Shown here in pieces: positions 36,423 to 44,608 of a stretch of 45,057 nucleotides of DNA. Within the stretch, counting starts at the first letter, position 1; every line of letters starts with the position of its first letter. The position numbers and the translations under genes were made by a program. This DNA is from a bacterium. Lineage in GTDB: Bacteria; Patescibacteriota; Saccharimonadia; Saccharimonadales; OMJO01. The DNA lies in assembly GCA_900299395.1 (NCBI GenBank), contig OMJO01000038.1, positions 1 to 45,057 of the forward strand, written 5' to 3'. The notes under the pieces are model-generated. The model did no database searches. It was given only the letters and a program-made list of their open reading frames with translations, and was not told the DNA's origin.

Positions 36423-37025
36423 AACAGGTGTAATAGGGTGTGGTGGGAAGTGGGAATTAGTGGTGCCGTAATCGGAACCAAAACTCAACCACTTCTTGGT
36501 CGGCTAGGGTGGGCGCAGGAACGCCTCGTTGGGCAGGGAACGAAACGCCCAGCAGCCCACCCTAACCGGTGTGTCGGGAAGAAAGCCCTCTCGTTCATGC
36601 AGGTGGTGACCGCAGATGTTGAGGCTTTTGAATAGAGAAACTCCGTCCAGTCTCTCGCATCAATCGTTGCAGCAAGCGCCTCCGGCTAGAAGCTCGCGCA
36701 AAACTCTCTTCCCGAGCGATGGGTGGGCGACAAATGCGTCACACGCAACAACGATCAGACTGATAGCGTCGTCACGCATGTTCGAGGGCGTTTGCCTGCC
36801 CACTGAGTGGGGGCTGGAGTGATTCGGCTTCGTAACCGACCAGGAGCGGGTGATCCCTGCAATCCTGACTCAACGATTGGGTGCGAGTGGCGGCAAGCAC
36901 GAGCAACCGTTCCTATGGTAGGACAGCCCCACGGCTATGTGTCTGTAAATACAGACAGCTGTGCCTAGCTATTCCCTAATAGCCACGCAAAACTGTCTGT
37001 ACGACCCGTATCTATTACACCTGTT
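36423..37025 (-). ncRNA. Candidate large structured non-coding RNA, class unknown
   Basis: 603-nt core closed by a perfect 14-bp helix (37025..37012 with 36436..36423). Other helices: 9 bp (36707..36715 with 36574..36582), 10 bp (36505..36514 with 36555..36564), 7-8 bp (36496..36503 with 36836..36843) and 8 bp with a G.U (36872..36879 with 36904..36911). No minus-strand ORF of 60 aa or more. It is flanked by its own promoter and terminator. Confidence 0.7.
36443..36456. repeat. Tandem heptamer GTGGGAA x2 (UUCCCAC x2 in the minus-sense RNA)
   Basis: Direct reading of 36443..36449 and 36450..36456. It lies just inside the 3' strand of the closing helix. Confidence 0.9.
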
Positions 37026-37068
37026 AAAGTACTCTTAGGAATCTCTCGACTCAACCAAAAGCTGATAA

Positions 37069-37097
37069 ATTATACAACGACGACCGAATAAATGCAA
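37069..37097 (-). promoter_or_regulatory. Sigma70-type promoter for the ncRNA unit
   Basis: Minus strand TTGCAT (37097..37092), a 17-nt spacer, then TATAAT (37074..37069). It starts 16 nt after the pheT stop. No ATG lies within 6-11 nt downstream, unlike the CDS promoters in this window. Confidence 0.65.
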
Positions 37098-37112
37098 CGG
37101 AATTCTTCCTTT

Positions 37113-39659
37113 TTATACGCGTTCCGCACCGAGAGATTCACTAGCGGTGGCGACAGAGTCTAGCAACGAATTAACCACCTCAGCCTTTAACGTGCGCGTG
37201 GAATCACTAACCCACAGACGGAAGGTAACATGCTTGTGATGCGTATCTTCCTCTGATCGATATATTCGAGGCTCTCCCACGACGACCATCATTGAATCTT
37301 GTACGAGATCGTGTAGCGCTGCCTGTACTGTGCTGTGAAGCTCTTGGTAGGAAACTTCATTTTTTACACGCAAGGTTATGTCTTGTACGACTTTTGGAAA
37401 TCGCGATAACGGTGTGTACCCTGGATTTTGGGCGGCCACGCGCATTAGCTGCCGAACGTCTAGTTCAAAGCCCGCTGTTGCAGGAGGCAATTTGAACGCA
37501 CGTCGCGTCGGCGCGCTGAACTCCCCAATTTCGCCCAAGAATTCATCAGTTGTCGACGTAATAATAGCAGCACGATCTACATCAAATGGCGCTATCGCGG
37601 CCCGACTAATTGGCTGGTCAGGATGATGCTCGGTGGCTGGCTTATACTTTGTGCTGATGCCCAAAAAATCAAAAAGACTATCCGCGTAATGGCGAGCCAT
37701 ATAATATGCAGCCCCTTCGTACTTACGCGTATAGGTTTTTTCGTCTGCCGCAAAAACCACTGCCAAGCGCAAATCTTCTACGGGTAATCTATCTTTATCT
37801 TTTAGGTCTTTGCCAAACACTGGATTTATTTCGAATATAACAAATTCGTTATCATCCCCGCGCACAATGTCACTTTTAAGATTCGAATGAACTTTATCAA
37901 GCAGACTTGGCGCAAGACTTTGTCGGTAATACTGTAACTCTGGACTCAAGGCATTTGATAGCTGATACGCATTCTGCGGGTCTTGCCCGACTTTTTCAAA
38001 CAGATTGCCATGCACAAACGTGTAGGTCAGGACCTCGTTGGCGCCAGCTCGGGCCAGCAGTGTGCGTAGCGTATTCTGGAAATCAAGCAACGAATTGTGC
38101 GGCGCCGGTTCAATGCCTCGTGTAGGTAAAAGTAATGGCAGTTTGTCGTACCCATACAGTCGGCCGATTTCCTCGACTACATCCTCAGGAATCTCAATGT
38201 CAGTACGCCAGAACGGTGGAATCACGTGCAGTCGAGTTTTGTCTGCCGGCACACTCACGATTTTGAACTCCACATTCTCGAGTAACGTAGCCATCTCCTT
38301 TAAAGAAAGTTTCGAACCAAGCCGTTCGTTTACAAAGTCGCTCGATACTGTCACGCCCTTTGTTGCATTATCTTGCGCCTTGGCGGATTTGAGATCATGG
38401 TAGCTCCCTGCGATGCCAGCATCTGGGCACAGGTCCAAAATCATCTCAACAGCATGCGCCAAAACGACGTCATTTTGCTTGGACGATTGACCTTTGTTAA
38501 ACCGTGTCACTGCGTCCGTAAATATGCCATGCTCCATGCTCGTTTTACGCACGGAGTACATATCGAATGAGGCACACTCTATAACTATGTTTTTGGTCGT
38601 CTCACTGACTTCGGTATCAGCTCCACCTATGACACCACCTACGCCAACAAGCTTTTTGGCGCTAGCAATCATGATGGCCTCACGTCGTGGAGTAATCGTT
38701 TTGCCATTCAGTAACTTTAGCTCTTCCCCTTTTGCCGGGTGACGTACCACCAGTGTTGCCGCAGAAGTACCGTCTTGCTCACACAGTCGATCGTGGTCGT
38801 ATGCATGTAAAGGCTGACCCGTGAGCATCATGATGTAATTAGTCACGTCAACAATGTTGTTGATGGGCCGTATGCCCACGCGTGAAAGATAGGCTTGGAG
38901 CCACACCGGACTGGGCTTAACTGTCACGTCACTGACTGCAACAGCCATGAATCGAGGCGACAACGCCGGTAGTTCATTCTTGACTTTTAAGCTCAGTTTT
39001 TTACCTTGGCGCTGCTCAGTTACGGCCTTTCGATACCAATTGGGTGATTCAAACTTCTGATGCTGTATACCTGCAATCTCGCGCGCCAATCCGAGTTCAC
39101 CGAACAAGTCAGGACGGTGTGTGAACATCTTGTTTTCAATATCAATAATGTAGTCATCAAAACCCACAGCCTGGGCAAAGGAAGTACCGGGTTTTATCGT
39201 CGATTCGAGCGTTACTATACCGCTATGATCGTCGCTAATATCCAGCTCACTGGCGCTCGCCAGCATACCATTGCTCATTTCACCACGAATTTCTCGAGCT
39301 TCTAATACAAAGGGGTCCTTTTCCACTGTGCTCGGGACTGTCACCCCCGGGGGCAACCACGCAACATGAAGCCCGACCGCTACGTTGGGAGCACCACACA
39401 CTACCTGAACGTGACCTTTGGCATTTCGGGTAACATGCTTCGCTGCGCCACCATCATCTATAGTGCACACATGCAACTTATCGGCATTAGGATGTTTTTC
39501 ACACGTCACGACCTTGGCGACCACAATTCCCTCGTAGCGCTTACCTAAGTCGGTGACTTCTTCAACCTCACCTAATTGGGCGCCAATTTTTTGCACCAAA
39601 TCGTCAATGCTTACCTTTACTGACGTATATTCTTTGATCCAATTGAGGCTTACTTTCAT
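37113..39659 (-). CDS. pheT: Phenylalanine--tRNA ligase beta subunit
   Basis: 848 aa with an N-terminal tRNA-binding domain (VVTCEKHPNADKLHVCTIDDG), B3/4 and B5 domains and a C-terminal anticodon-binding domain. 4-nt overlap with pheS. Confidence 0.95.
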   Translation of the reverse strand: MKVSLNWIKEYTSVKVSIDDLVQKIGAQLGEVEEVTDLGKRYEGIVVAKVVTCEKHPNADKLHVCTIDDGGAAKHVTRNAKGHVQVVCGAPNVAVGLHVAWLPPGVTVPSTVEKDPFVLEAREIRGEMSNGMLASASELDISDDHSGIVTLESTIKPGTSFAQAVGFDDYIIDIENKMFTHRPDLFGELGLAREIAGIQHQKFESPNWYRKAVTEQRQGKKLSLKVKNELPALSPRFMAVAVSDVTVKPSPVWLQAYLSRVGIRPINNIVDVTNYIMMLTGQPLHAYDHDRLCEQDGTSAATLVVRHPAKGEELKLLNGKTITPRREAIMIASAKKLVGVGGVIGGADTEVSETTKNIVIECASFDMYSVRKTSMEHGIFTDAVTRFNKGQSSKQNDVVLAHAVEMILDLCPDAGIAGSYHDLKSAKAQDNATKGVTVSSDFVNERLGSKLSLKEMATLLENVEFKIVSVPADKTRLHVIPPFWRTDIEIPEDVVEEIGRLYGYDKLPLLLPTRGIEPAPHNSLLDFQNTLRTLLARAGANEVLTYTFVHGNLFEKVGQDPQNAYQLSNALSPELQYYRQSLAPSLLDKVHSNLKSDIVRGDDNEFVIFEINPVFGKDLKDKDRLPVEDLRLAVVFAADEKTYTRKYEGAAYYMARHYADSLFDFLGISTKYKPATEHHPDQPISRAAIAPFDVDRAAIITSTTDEFLGEIGEFSAPTRRAFKLPPATAGFELDVRQLMRVAAQNPGYTPLSRFPKVVQDITLRVKNEVSYQELHSTVQAALHDLVQDSMMVVVGEPRIYRSEEDTHHKHVTFRLWVSDSTRTLKAEVVNSLLDSVATASESLGAERV

Positions 39660-40693
39660 TTGAACTGCCTCAAGAATTCTAATTTTCCACTTTCGAAATG
39701 GCGCACATCTTCAATACCATACTTCATCATCACGAGACGATCTACACCACCGCCCCATGCGAAGCCGGTGTATTCTTTTGGATCAATGCCAGCCATACTC
39801 AGCACATTTGGGTGAATCAGACCACACCCCAGCAACTCAATCCAGCCGCTATAACTACAAACATTACAGCCATTTTTTTGGCAAAACGGGCAGCTCATCG
39901 CGAACTCAAAACTTGGTTCAGTAAACGGAAAATAGAAGGGCTGCGTCTTCACTTCTAGATCTTGCTCATAATATGCACTTAGAAATGTCTTGAGAGTGGC
40001 AAGCAAGTGCCCAACATTTATACCCTTGCCCACAAAAATGCCCTCGAACTGATAAAACGTATGCTCATGACGCGCATCGAGATCTTCGTTACGAAACACT
40101 CGATCTGGAATAAGAACTGCTATGGAGCCGCTGCTATCCAGATTTGGCCTGTATTTTTTTAATACACGGTTTTGCATGGTACTCGTGTGGGCAGGGGCAA
40201 TAAAACCGTCTGTCGTAACGAACGTGTCATAATCATCGCGAGCCGGATGTCCTGCCGGGAAATTAAGCGAGTCAAACATGTGGTATTCATCATCAATCTG
40301 CCGGGAACCTTCGACAGCAAAGCCCATACGGTAAAAGATGTCAGAAATGACTTCTATCTCTTTCATTAATGGGTGCCTGCTGCCCTGTGAGCTTGCAAGC
40401 AACCGAGGGCGTTTTGCATCAGAGACGTTGCTGTCAATCGGTGCCGTTACGTCAATAAGCGGCAAAGCTTGTAGGGTATCCTGCTTTTTGTTGACCAACT
40501 CTTCGAGCTCGCGTTTGAGGTGATTTATTTCCTGCCCAAAATCTCGCCGATCTTCCGCAGGCAAAAGTGGTATTTCGGCATACAGGCCTCGTAATTCGGC
40601 GGCGCGCAAGATAGTCGTCGGGTCTTCAAGCTGATCAAGCCTAGTCTTCAACACTTCCGCTACATCGGCGACTTTTTTATTCTTATAGGACAT
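39656..40693 (-). CDS. pheS: Phenylalanine--tRNA ligase alpha subunit
   Basis: Class II motifs (FRNEDLDARHEHTFYQFEG, GFAWGGGVDRL). I chose ATG 40693 (MSYKNKK...). The 68-codon 5' extension of the tracked ORF runs through the yajQ gene on the opposite strand. Confidence 0.9.
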   Translation of the reverse strand: MSYKNKKVADVAEVLKTRLDQLEDPTTILRAAELRGLYAEIPLLPAEDRRDFGQEINHLKRELEELVNKKQDTLQALPLIDVTAPIDSNVSDAKRPRLLASSQGSRHPLMKEIEVISDIFYRMGFAVEGSRQIDDEYHMFDSLNFPAGHPARDDYDTFVTTDGFIAPAHTSTMQNRVLKKYRPNLDSSGSIAVLIPDRVFRNEDLDARHEHTFYQFEGIFVGKGINVGHLLATLKTFLSAYYEQDLEVKTQPFYFPFTEPSFEFAMSCPFCQKNGCNVCSYSGWIELLGCGLIHPNVLSMAGIDPKEYTGFAWGGGVDRLVMMKYGIEDVRHFESGKLEFLRQFK

Positions 40694-40703
40694 CTTAGAA
40701 TCT

Positions 40704-40711
40704 ATTATAAT
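40704..40711. promoter_or_regulatory. Overlapping back-to-back -10 boxes (ATTATAAT) for pheS and yajQ
   Basis: Plus-strand TATAAT 40706..40711 lies 6 nt before ATG 40718. Minus-strand TATAAT 40709..40704 lies 10 nt before ATG 40693. Confidence 0.5.
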
Positions 40712-40717
40712 ACAGAT

Positions 40718-41215
40718 ATGGCTAACTTTTCTTTTGATATTGTCAGCGACTACGATAAGGCCGAGATGAACAATGTGCTCGATCAAGTTCGGCGAGAGAT
40801 TGATAATCGGTACGACTTCAAAGGCACCCCCGCTGGCATTGACTGGCTCAATGATGACAAGACAGGCGTAAAAATATCTGGCAATGGCGATTGGCAAATA
40901 GATGCCATCATCGAAATCTTGCGCAAAAAACTAGCCGCCCGCGGTCAGAGTCAAAAAGTCCTCGACGTGAGTCGCGATAGTACGACCAACAATATGCAGA
41001 CCAGTAAAGAAGTACCGTTCAAGCACGGGCTCGACCAAGAAAAAGCCAAAAAAGTGACGAGCGCCATCCGCGACAGTTTTCCAAAAGTAAAACCAACCAT
41101 CCAGGGTGATACCATTCGCGTTACTGGCAACAGCAAGGATGAACTACAAAACGTCATGCAGATTCTACGAGAGCGAGACTTTGACTTCCCACTCAGCTTT
41201 ACAAATTATCGTTAA
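40718..41215 (+). CDS. yajQ: YajQ family nucleotide/cyclic-di-GMP-binding protein (UPF0234)
   Basis: 165 aa. MANFSFDIVSDYDKAEMNNVLDQVRREIDNRYDFKG is a typical YajQ N-terminus. Confidence 0.85.
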   Translation: MANFSFDIVSDYDKAEMNNVLDQVRREIDNRYDFKGTPAGIDWLNDDKTGVKISGNGDWQIDAIIEILRKKLAARGQSQKVLDVSRDSTTNNMQTSKEVPFKHGLDQEKAKKVTSAIRDSFPKVKPTIQGDTIRVTGNSKDELQNVMQILRERDFDFPLSFTNYR

Positions 41216-41566
41216 AATCCAACGATAAACTTGATTGCTACCAGCAGCATGAATACACCAAATACACGTTCTATGGACACGGTCTGCATATGGACCGCCA
41301 AGCGTGAGCCAAAAATACTACCGATAAGAAATCCAGTGATGATTAGACCTACAGCTTTTACATTCACATAACCAGCACGATAGTAGGTCAAGGCTGCAAA
41401 AATACCTATCGGAGGCACGAGGAGTGCGAGTGTCATCCCCTGTGCTTCTTTTTGCGAAAAATGAAATAGCAGCACGAGTACTGGAACAATAAGTACACCA
41501 CCGCCCACCAACGACACCACTAACCAATCCAGCTGTAATTCCCAGCAAAATAAGTGCAATATCCAT
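41212..41566 (-). pseudogene. Half-size TauE/SafE (DUF81) family membrane transporter, apparent 1-nt frameshift
   Basis: ATG 41566 opens MDIALILLGITAGLVSGVVGG and then leaves the frame. ORF 41212..41559 continues with GGGVLIVPVLVLLF.... Removing one base near 41503..41510 restores the TauE motif GVVGGGGVLIVPVL. Confidence 0.55.
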
Positions 41567-41628
41567 TAGCTACATAATAGCACCGCTTTGCTACTGAAAG
41601 CGACACGCTAAAGGTTTATACTACCTGT

Positions 41629-42945
41629 ATGGATGAAAGTAGCGACTTTGTTGAGAGAGCAAAACAAGTCTTACTCACAAACGATCGTGGGACATTTACT
41701 GTGCCGGCCGCTGGTCTTTACCCACATCAGTGGCTATGGGACAGTTGTTTTATTGCTATAGGAACCCGGCACTACAACATAGAAAAAGCGCAAACGGAAA
41801 TAGAGCGACTCTTAAAAGGACAATGGGCAAATGGCATGTTGCCCCACATGATACTCGGTACTAGTCATATTACTGGCCGTAACAGTATATGGCGTAGTTG
41901 GCTCAACCCAAACTCACCTGATGGCGTCGTAACGAGCGGCATCACCCAGCCACCGGTCATCGCCGAGGCCGTGGTCCGTATTGGGGCAAAAATGAAAATT
42001 CCCGAAAGACGCAGTTGGTATCAGACGGTATTTCCGGCTCTCGTTCGATACCACGAATGGTTATACAGCGAACGCGACCCACACAAAGAAGGCCTTGTAT
42101 TGCAAATACACCCCTGGGAAACTGGGCTCGATAACACCCCTCCATGGATGAGTGAGATACATCAACACTCTCTACCATTGTGGATTAATATAATCGAGAA
42201 AACGCATCTCGATGTCCTCATTACCCCCTTCCGCCGTGACACCCATCGCTTGCCAGCTGAGCAACGACTTAATACCATTGAAGCGCTTGTACTCTATAGC
42301 ACACAGCGTCGCTTGCGGCGCAAAAACTATGATATAAATCGCATACTGGCTCATTCTTTATTCGCTATTGAAGACGTATCGTTCAATAGCGTTTTTGTAC
42401 GAGCAAATACGCTGCTGCGAGAGATAGCCAAAACCATCCGAAAAGACCTACCAGCTGAACTGCTGGACAATATGAAGAAAAGTGAAGAAGCGCTCGAGCA
42501 ACTCTGGTATCCTTACTCCGGGCAGTACTACTCTCGTAATTTCGTTACGCACAAACTCCTCAAGGAACCAACCATTGGCACCCTCATGCCTCTGTATGCG
42601 GGTACGATCACTCATGAACGTGCCAAGAAGCTAGTAACCATGCTGGAGAATGAAAATCTATTCGGGCCCAATTACCCGGTGCCGTCAACGGCTGTTAATT
42701 CAGCGTGGTTCAAGCCAACTGGCTACTGGCAAGGTCCAAGTTGGGTCAATACCAACTGGCTCATCATTGATGGCCTACGCCGATACAATTTCGAAGATCA
42801 CGCTGAAGCGTTGAAAGAAACAACGCTTGAAATGATTCGTAGCGGTGGTTTCTATGAATACTTCAACCCACTCACCGGTCAGCCGGCCGGCGCACCGGAC
42901 TTTAGCTGGACAGCCGCTCTGGCCATCGACCTATCGAAATCCTAG
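41629..42945 (+). CDS. (alpha/alpha)6-barrel glycoside hydrolase (GH63-like, glucosyl/mannosylglycerate hydrolase-like)
   Basis: 438 aa with YPHQWLWDSCFIAIG, GYWQGPSWVNTNWLIIDGLRRY and EYFNPLTGQPAGAPDFSWTAAL. Confidence 0.65.
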   Translation: MDESSDFVERAKQVLLTNDRGTFTVPAAGLYPHQWLWDSCFIAIGTRHYNIEKAQTEIERLLKGQWANGMLPHMILGTSHITGRNSIWRSWLNPNSPDGVVTSGITQPPVIAEAVVRIGAKMKIPERRSWYQTVFPALVRYHEWLYSERDPHKEGLVLQIHPWETGLDNTPPWMSEIHQHSLPLWINIIEKTHLDVLITPFRRDTHRLPAEQRLNTIEALVLYSTQRRLRRKNYDINRILAHSLFAIEDVSFNSVFVRANTLLREIAKTIRKDLPAELLDNMKKSEEALEQLWYPYSGQYYSRNFVTHKLLKEPTIGTLMPLYAGTITHERAKKLVTMLENENLFGPNYPVPSTAVNSAWFKPTGYWQGPSWVNTNWLIIDGLRRYNFEDHAEALKETTLEMIRSGGFYEYFNPLTGQPAGAPDFSWTAALAIDLSKS

Positions 42946-43578
42946 GTGTGGACCAAAGTAGTACCAAAAGTGCTGCAAGATTGCCCCAATCAAGACGAGA
43001 TATATCACAGTCAACACAACGATATGATGTTGCAGCATCCACGCTTGCAGCTTTTGCAGTTTTTTCGGCAGCACAACAAAACCATTAGCCATGTTCCACA
43101 GCAGGGTGTACCACGACAGTAGTATCACCACCACCCACACACTGAGGCAATAAATACAGAGTGCATTAATACGATAGACGCCCTGATAAAACAGATAGAT
43201 AACCGCCGCCAGTCCGCCAATTGACACCACTTGGAAAAGTTGCCAGAAACGCTTGTTCATCCGGGCGCCGAATAGCATTGATACCCCAACAGTCAGCAAT
43301 GCTGGAAAGGCCATGAGCCCGACAATAGTGTTTGGCGCACCTGCTACTTCTGCTTGTTTCGTTTTCATGACTGAGCCACAGCTAAATATGGGATTGATGT
43401 TACATGCCGGATTATAGTTTGGGTCCCTGAGCACATGAATTTTATCGAGCGTCAGTACCGTGGATGCTACTAAACCAACAATTGCCACCACTATCAATAA
43501 CCAGCTAAACCACTTTACTTCTAGCATCTTTACGTTTGCTGTTTTACGCATCTTTGTTCCCATCTGTTGGTTTATCAA
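42931..43578 (-). CDS. Vitamin K epoxide reductase (VKOR) family protein
   Basis: Polytopic membrane protein with the loop cysteine pair (NPACNINPIFSCGSV) and a CIYC redox motif. The start is uncertain, with in-frame ATGs at 43551 and 43527. Confidence 0.7.
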   Translation of the reverse strand: MINQQMGTKMRKTANVKMLEVKWFSWLLIVVAIVGLVASTVLTLDKIHVLRDPNYNPACNINPIFSCGSVMKTKQAEVAGAPNTIVGLMAFPALLTVGVSMLFGARMNKRFWQLFQVVSIGGLAAVIYLFYQGVYRINALCIYCLSVWVVVILLSWYTLLWNMANGFVVLPKKLQKLQAWMLQHHIVVLTVIYLVLIGAILQHFWYYFGPHLGFR

Positions 43579-44608
43579 TTAGTAACGGCTCAATTTTTTC
43601 GGTCGTGTTAGCTATCTTTACGATATCCTTATCAACTCGGCCAAGCTCTTTCTGTGTGCTATTAAAATGACCGACTGTCGCACTCAAGCTATTCCCAAGC
43701 CGCTTAAAATACCCGTCGACATTATGCAAATGACGGCCAAGCTGCTCGACATTCTTGCGTATAACCTCAGTGTCTTTTTGAATCTCGAGGCTTTTTAGCC
43801 CTTGGGATACTATTTGCAGCATGGCGCTCAACGTACTAGGACCAACAATTGTCACTCGTTTTTCGACCGCCGCATATTGCATCAGATCTCGGCCACTCAC
43901 TCCAGTAGCGCCAACTTTATTAGCGAGCAAATCGTAATAGATTGCCTCGCTCGGGATAAACATCAGTGCTTGTTCAAGGGTACCTTTTTTGGGCAAGATA
44001 TATTTGGCAGTTTCATCGATGCGACGCTTTAGATCTTCTTTCAACGCCTTTTCGAGGGCTGGCCGTTCTTCTGCCTTTGCTTCAACTAATCGATTGTAAT
44101 TCTCAAGACTAAACTTACTGTCAATGGGGAGTATTTTGTCGTCGAGGTAAATCACGGCGTCCACGATGAGTCCCTCGCCCAAGCGATGCTGTAGCTTGTA
44201 TGCTCCGGGGGGCAGCATATTTTGAAGTATTTGCTCGAGATAGAACTCCCCCAAAACACCTCGCTGCTTAGGGTTGGCTAAGACATTTTGCAAACTCTTG
44301 AGCTCTCCTGCTATGTCTCCGACTTGTTGATTCGTCTTTTCCAGCTGAGTCAGCTTCTGAGTAACATCTTTGATGATGTCTGCTGATGTCTGAAATTGCT
44401 TCAACATCTGCGCATTACTCTTGTCGAGTCGGTCGTTGATCTGCTGATGCAACCCTTCCTTAAGTTGCGTTACACTCTCGGTGAGTGTTGTTATATCCTG
44501 CTTTATCAGTAAGGCACTACCCGTATCACTACCGCCCCCTGAACGGCGCAACAGCATTACTAAAAGTAATGCGTTCAGAACCCCCAGAATTATTATCGCA
44601 ACTATCAT
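43544..44608 (-). CDS. rmuC: DNA recombination protein RmuC
   Basis: 354 aa with an N-terminal TM, a coiled coil and the RmuC nuclease-like C-terminal region (VDAVIYLDDKILPIDSKF...MFIPSEAIY). Confidence 0.8.
   Translation of the reverse strand: MIVAIIILGVLNALLLVMLLRRSGGGSDTGSALLIKQDITTLTESVTQLKEGLHQQINDRLDKSNAQMLKQFQTSADIIKDVTQKLTQLEKTNQQVGDIAGELKSLQNVLANPKQRGVLGEFYLEQILQNMLPPGAYKLQHRLGEGLIVDAVIYLDDKILPIDSKFSLENYNRLVEAKAEERPALEKALKEDLKRRIDETAKYILPKKGTLEQALMFIPSEAIYYDLLANKVGATGVSGRDLMQYAAVEKRVTIVGPSTLSAMLQIVSQGLKSLEIQKDTEVIRKNVEQLGRHLHNVDGYFKRLGNSLSATVGHFNSTQKELGRVDKDIVKIANTTEKIEPLLIDKPTDGNKDA

Noticed and set aside
36420-36822. Plus-strand ORFs 36420..36635 (71 aa) and 36616..36822 (68 aa) as protein genes.
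   Set aside because: They lie antisense to the promoter and terminator-defined unit. They have no ribosome-binding site or -10 context like the real genes here. Their products are Arg/Gly/Trp-rich, as expected from random frames in GC-rich structured DNA.
36423-37025. Tested whether the structured RNA is RNase P RNA, tmRNA, SRP RNA, a T-box leader or an ORF-less group II intron.
   Set aside because: Neither strand shows the RNase P GGAAAGUCC or ACAGAA..GGCUUA cores. The plus strand has loose look-alikes (GGGAAGAAAGCCC, GAAACTCCGTCC, TTCGGCTTCGTAACCGACCAGG). However, the bulged-U P4 cannot be built, and the promoter, terminator and G.U evidence all point to the other strand. There is no tRNA-like end with a T-loop plus CCA and no ..LAA-stop tag frame for tmRNA. 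There is no GGAA-tetraloop/AGCA domain IV for SRP RNA. There is no domain V (GAGCCGUAU...ACGGUUC) or GUGYG 5' end for group II introns. It lies downstream of pheT, not upstream of pheS, so it is not a T-box. This was judged by eye only; cmscan is needed.
40694-40897. The 68-codon N-terminal extension of the pheS ORF (tracked start 40897).
   Set aside because: It would overlap the yajQ coding region on the opposite strand and adds a non-homologous hydrophobic sequence. Canonical PheS begins at MSYKNKK (ATG 40693), which has a -10 box just upstream.
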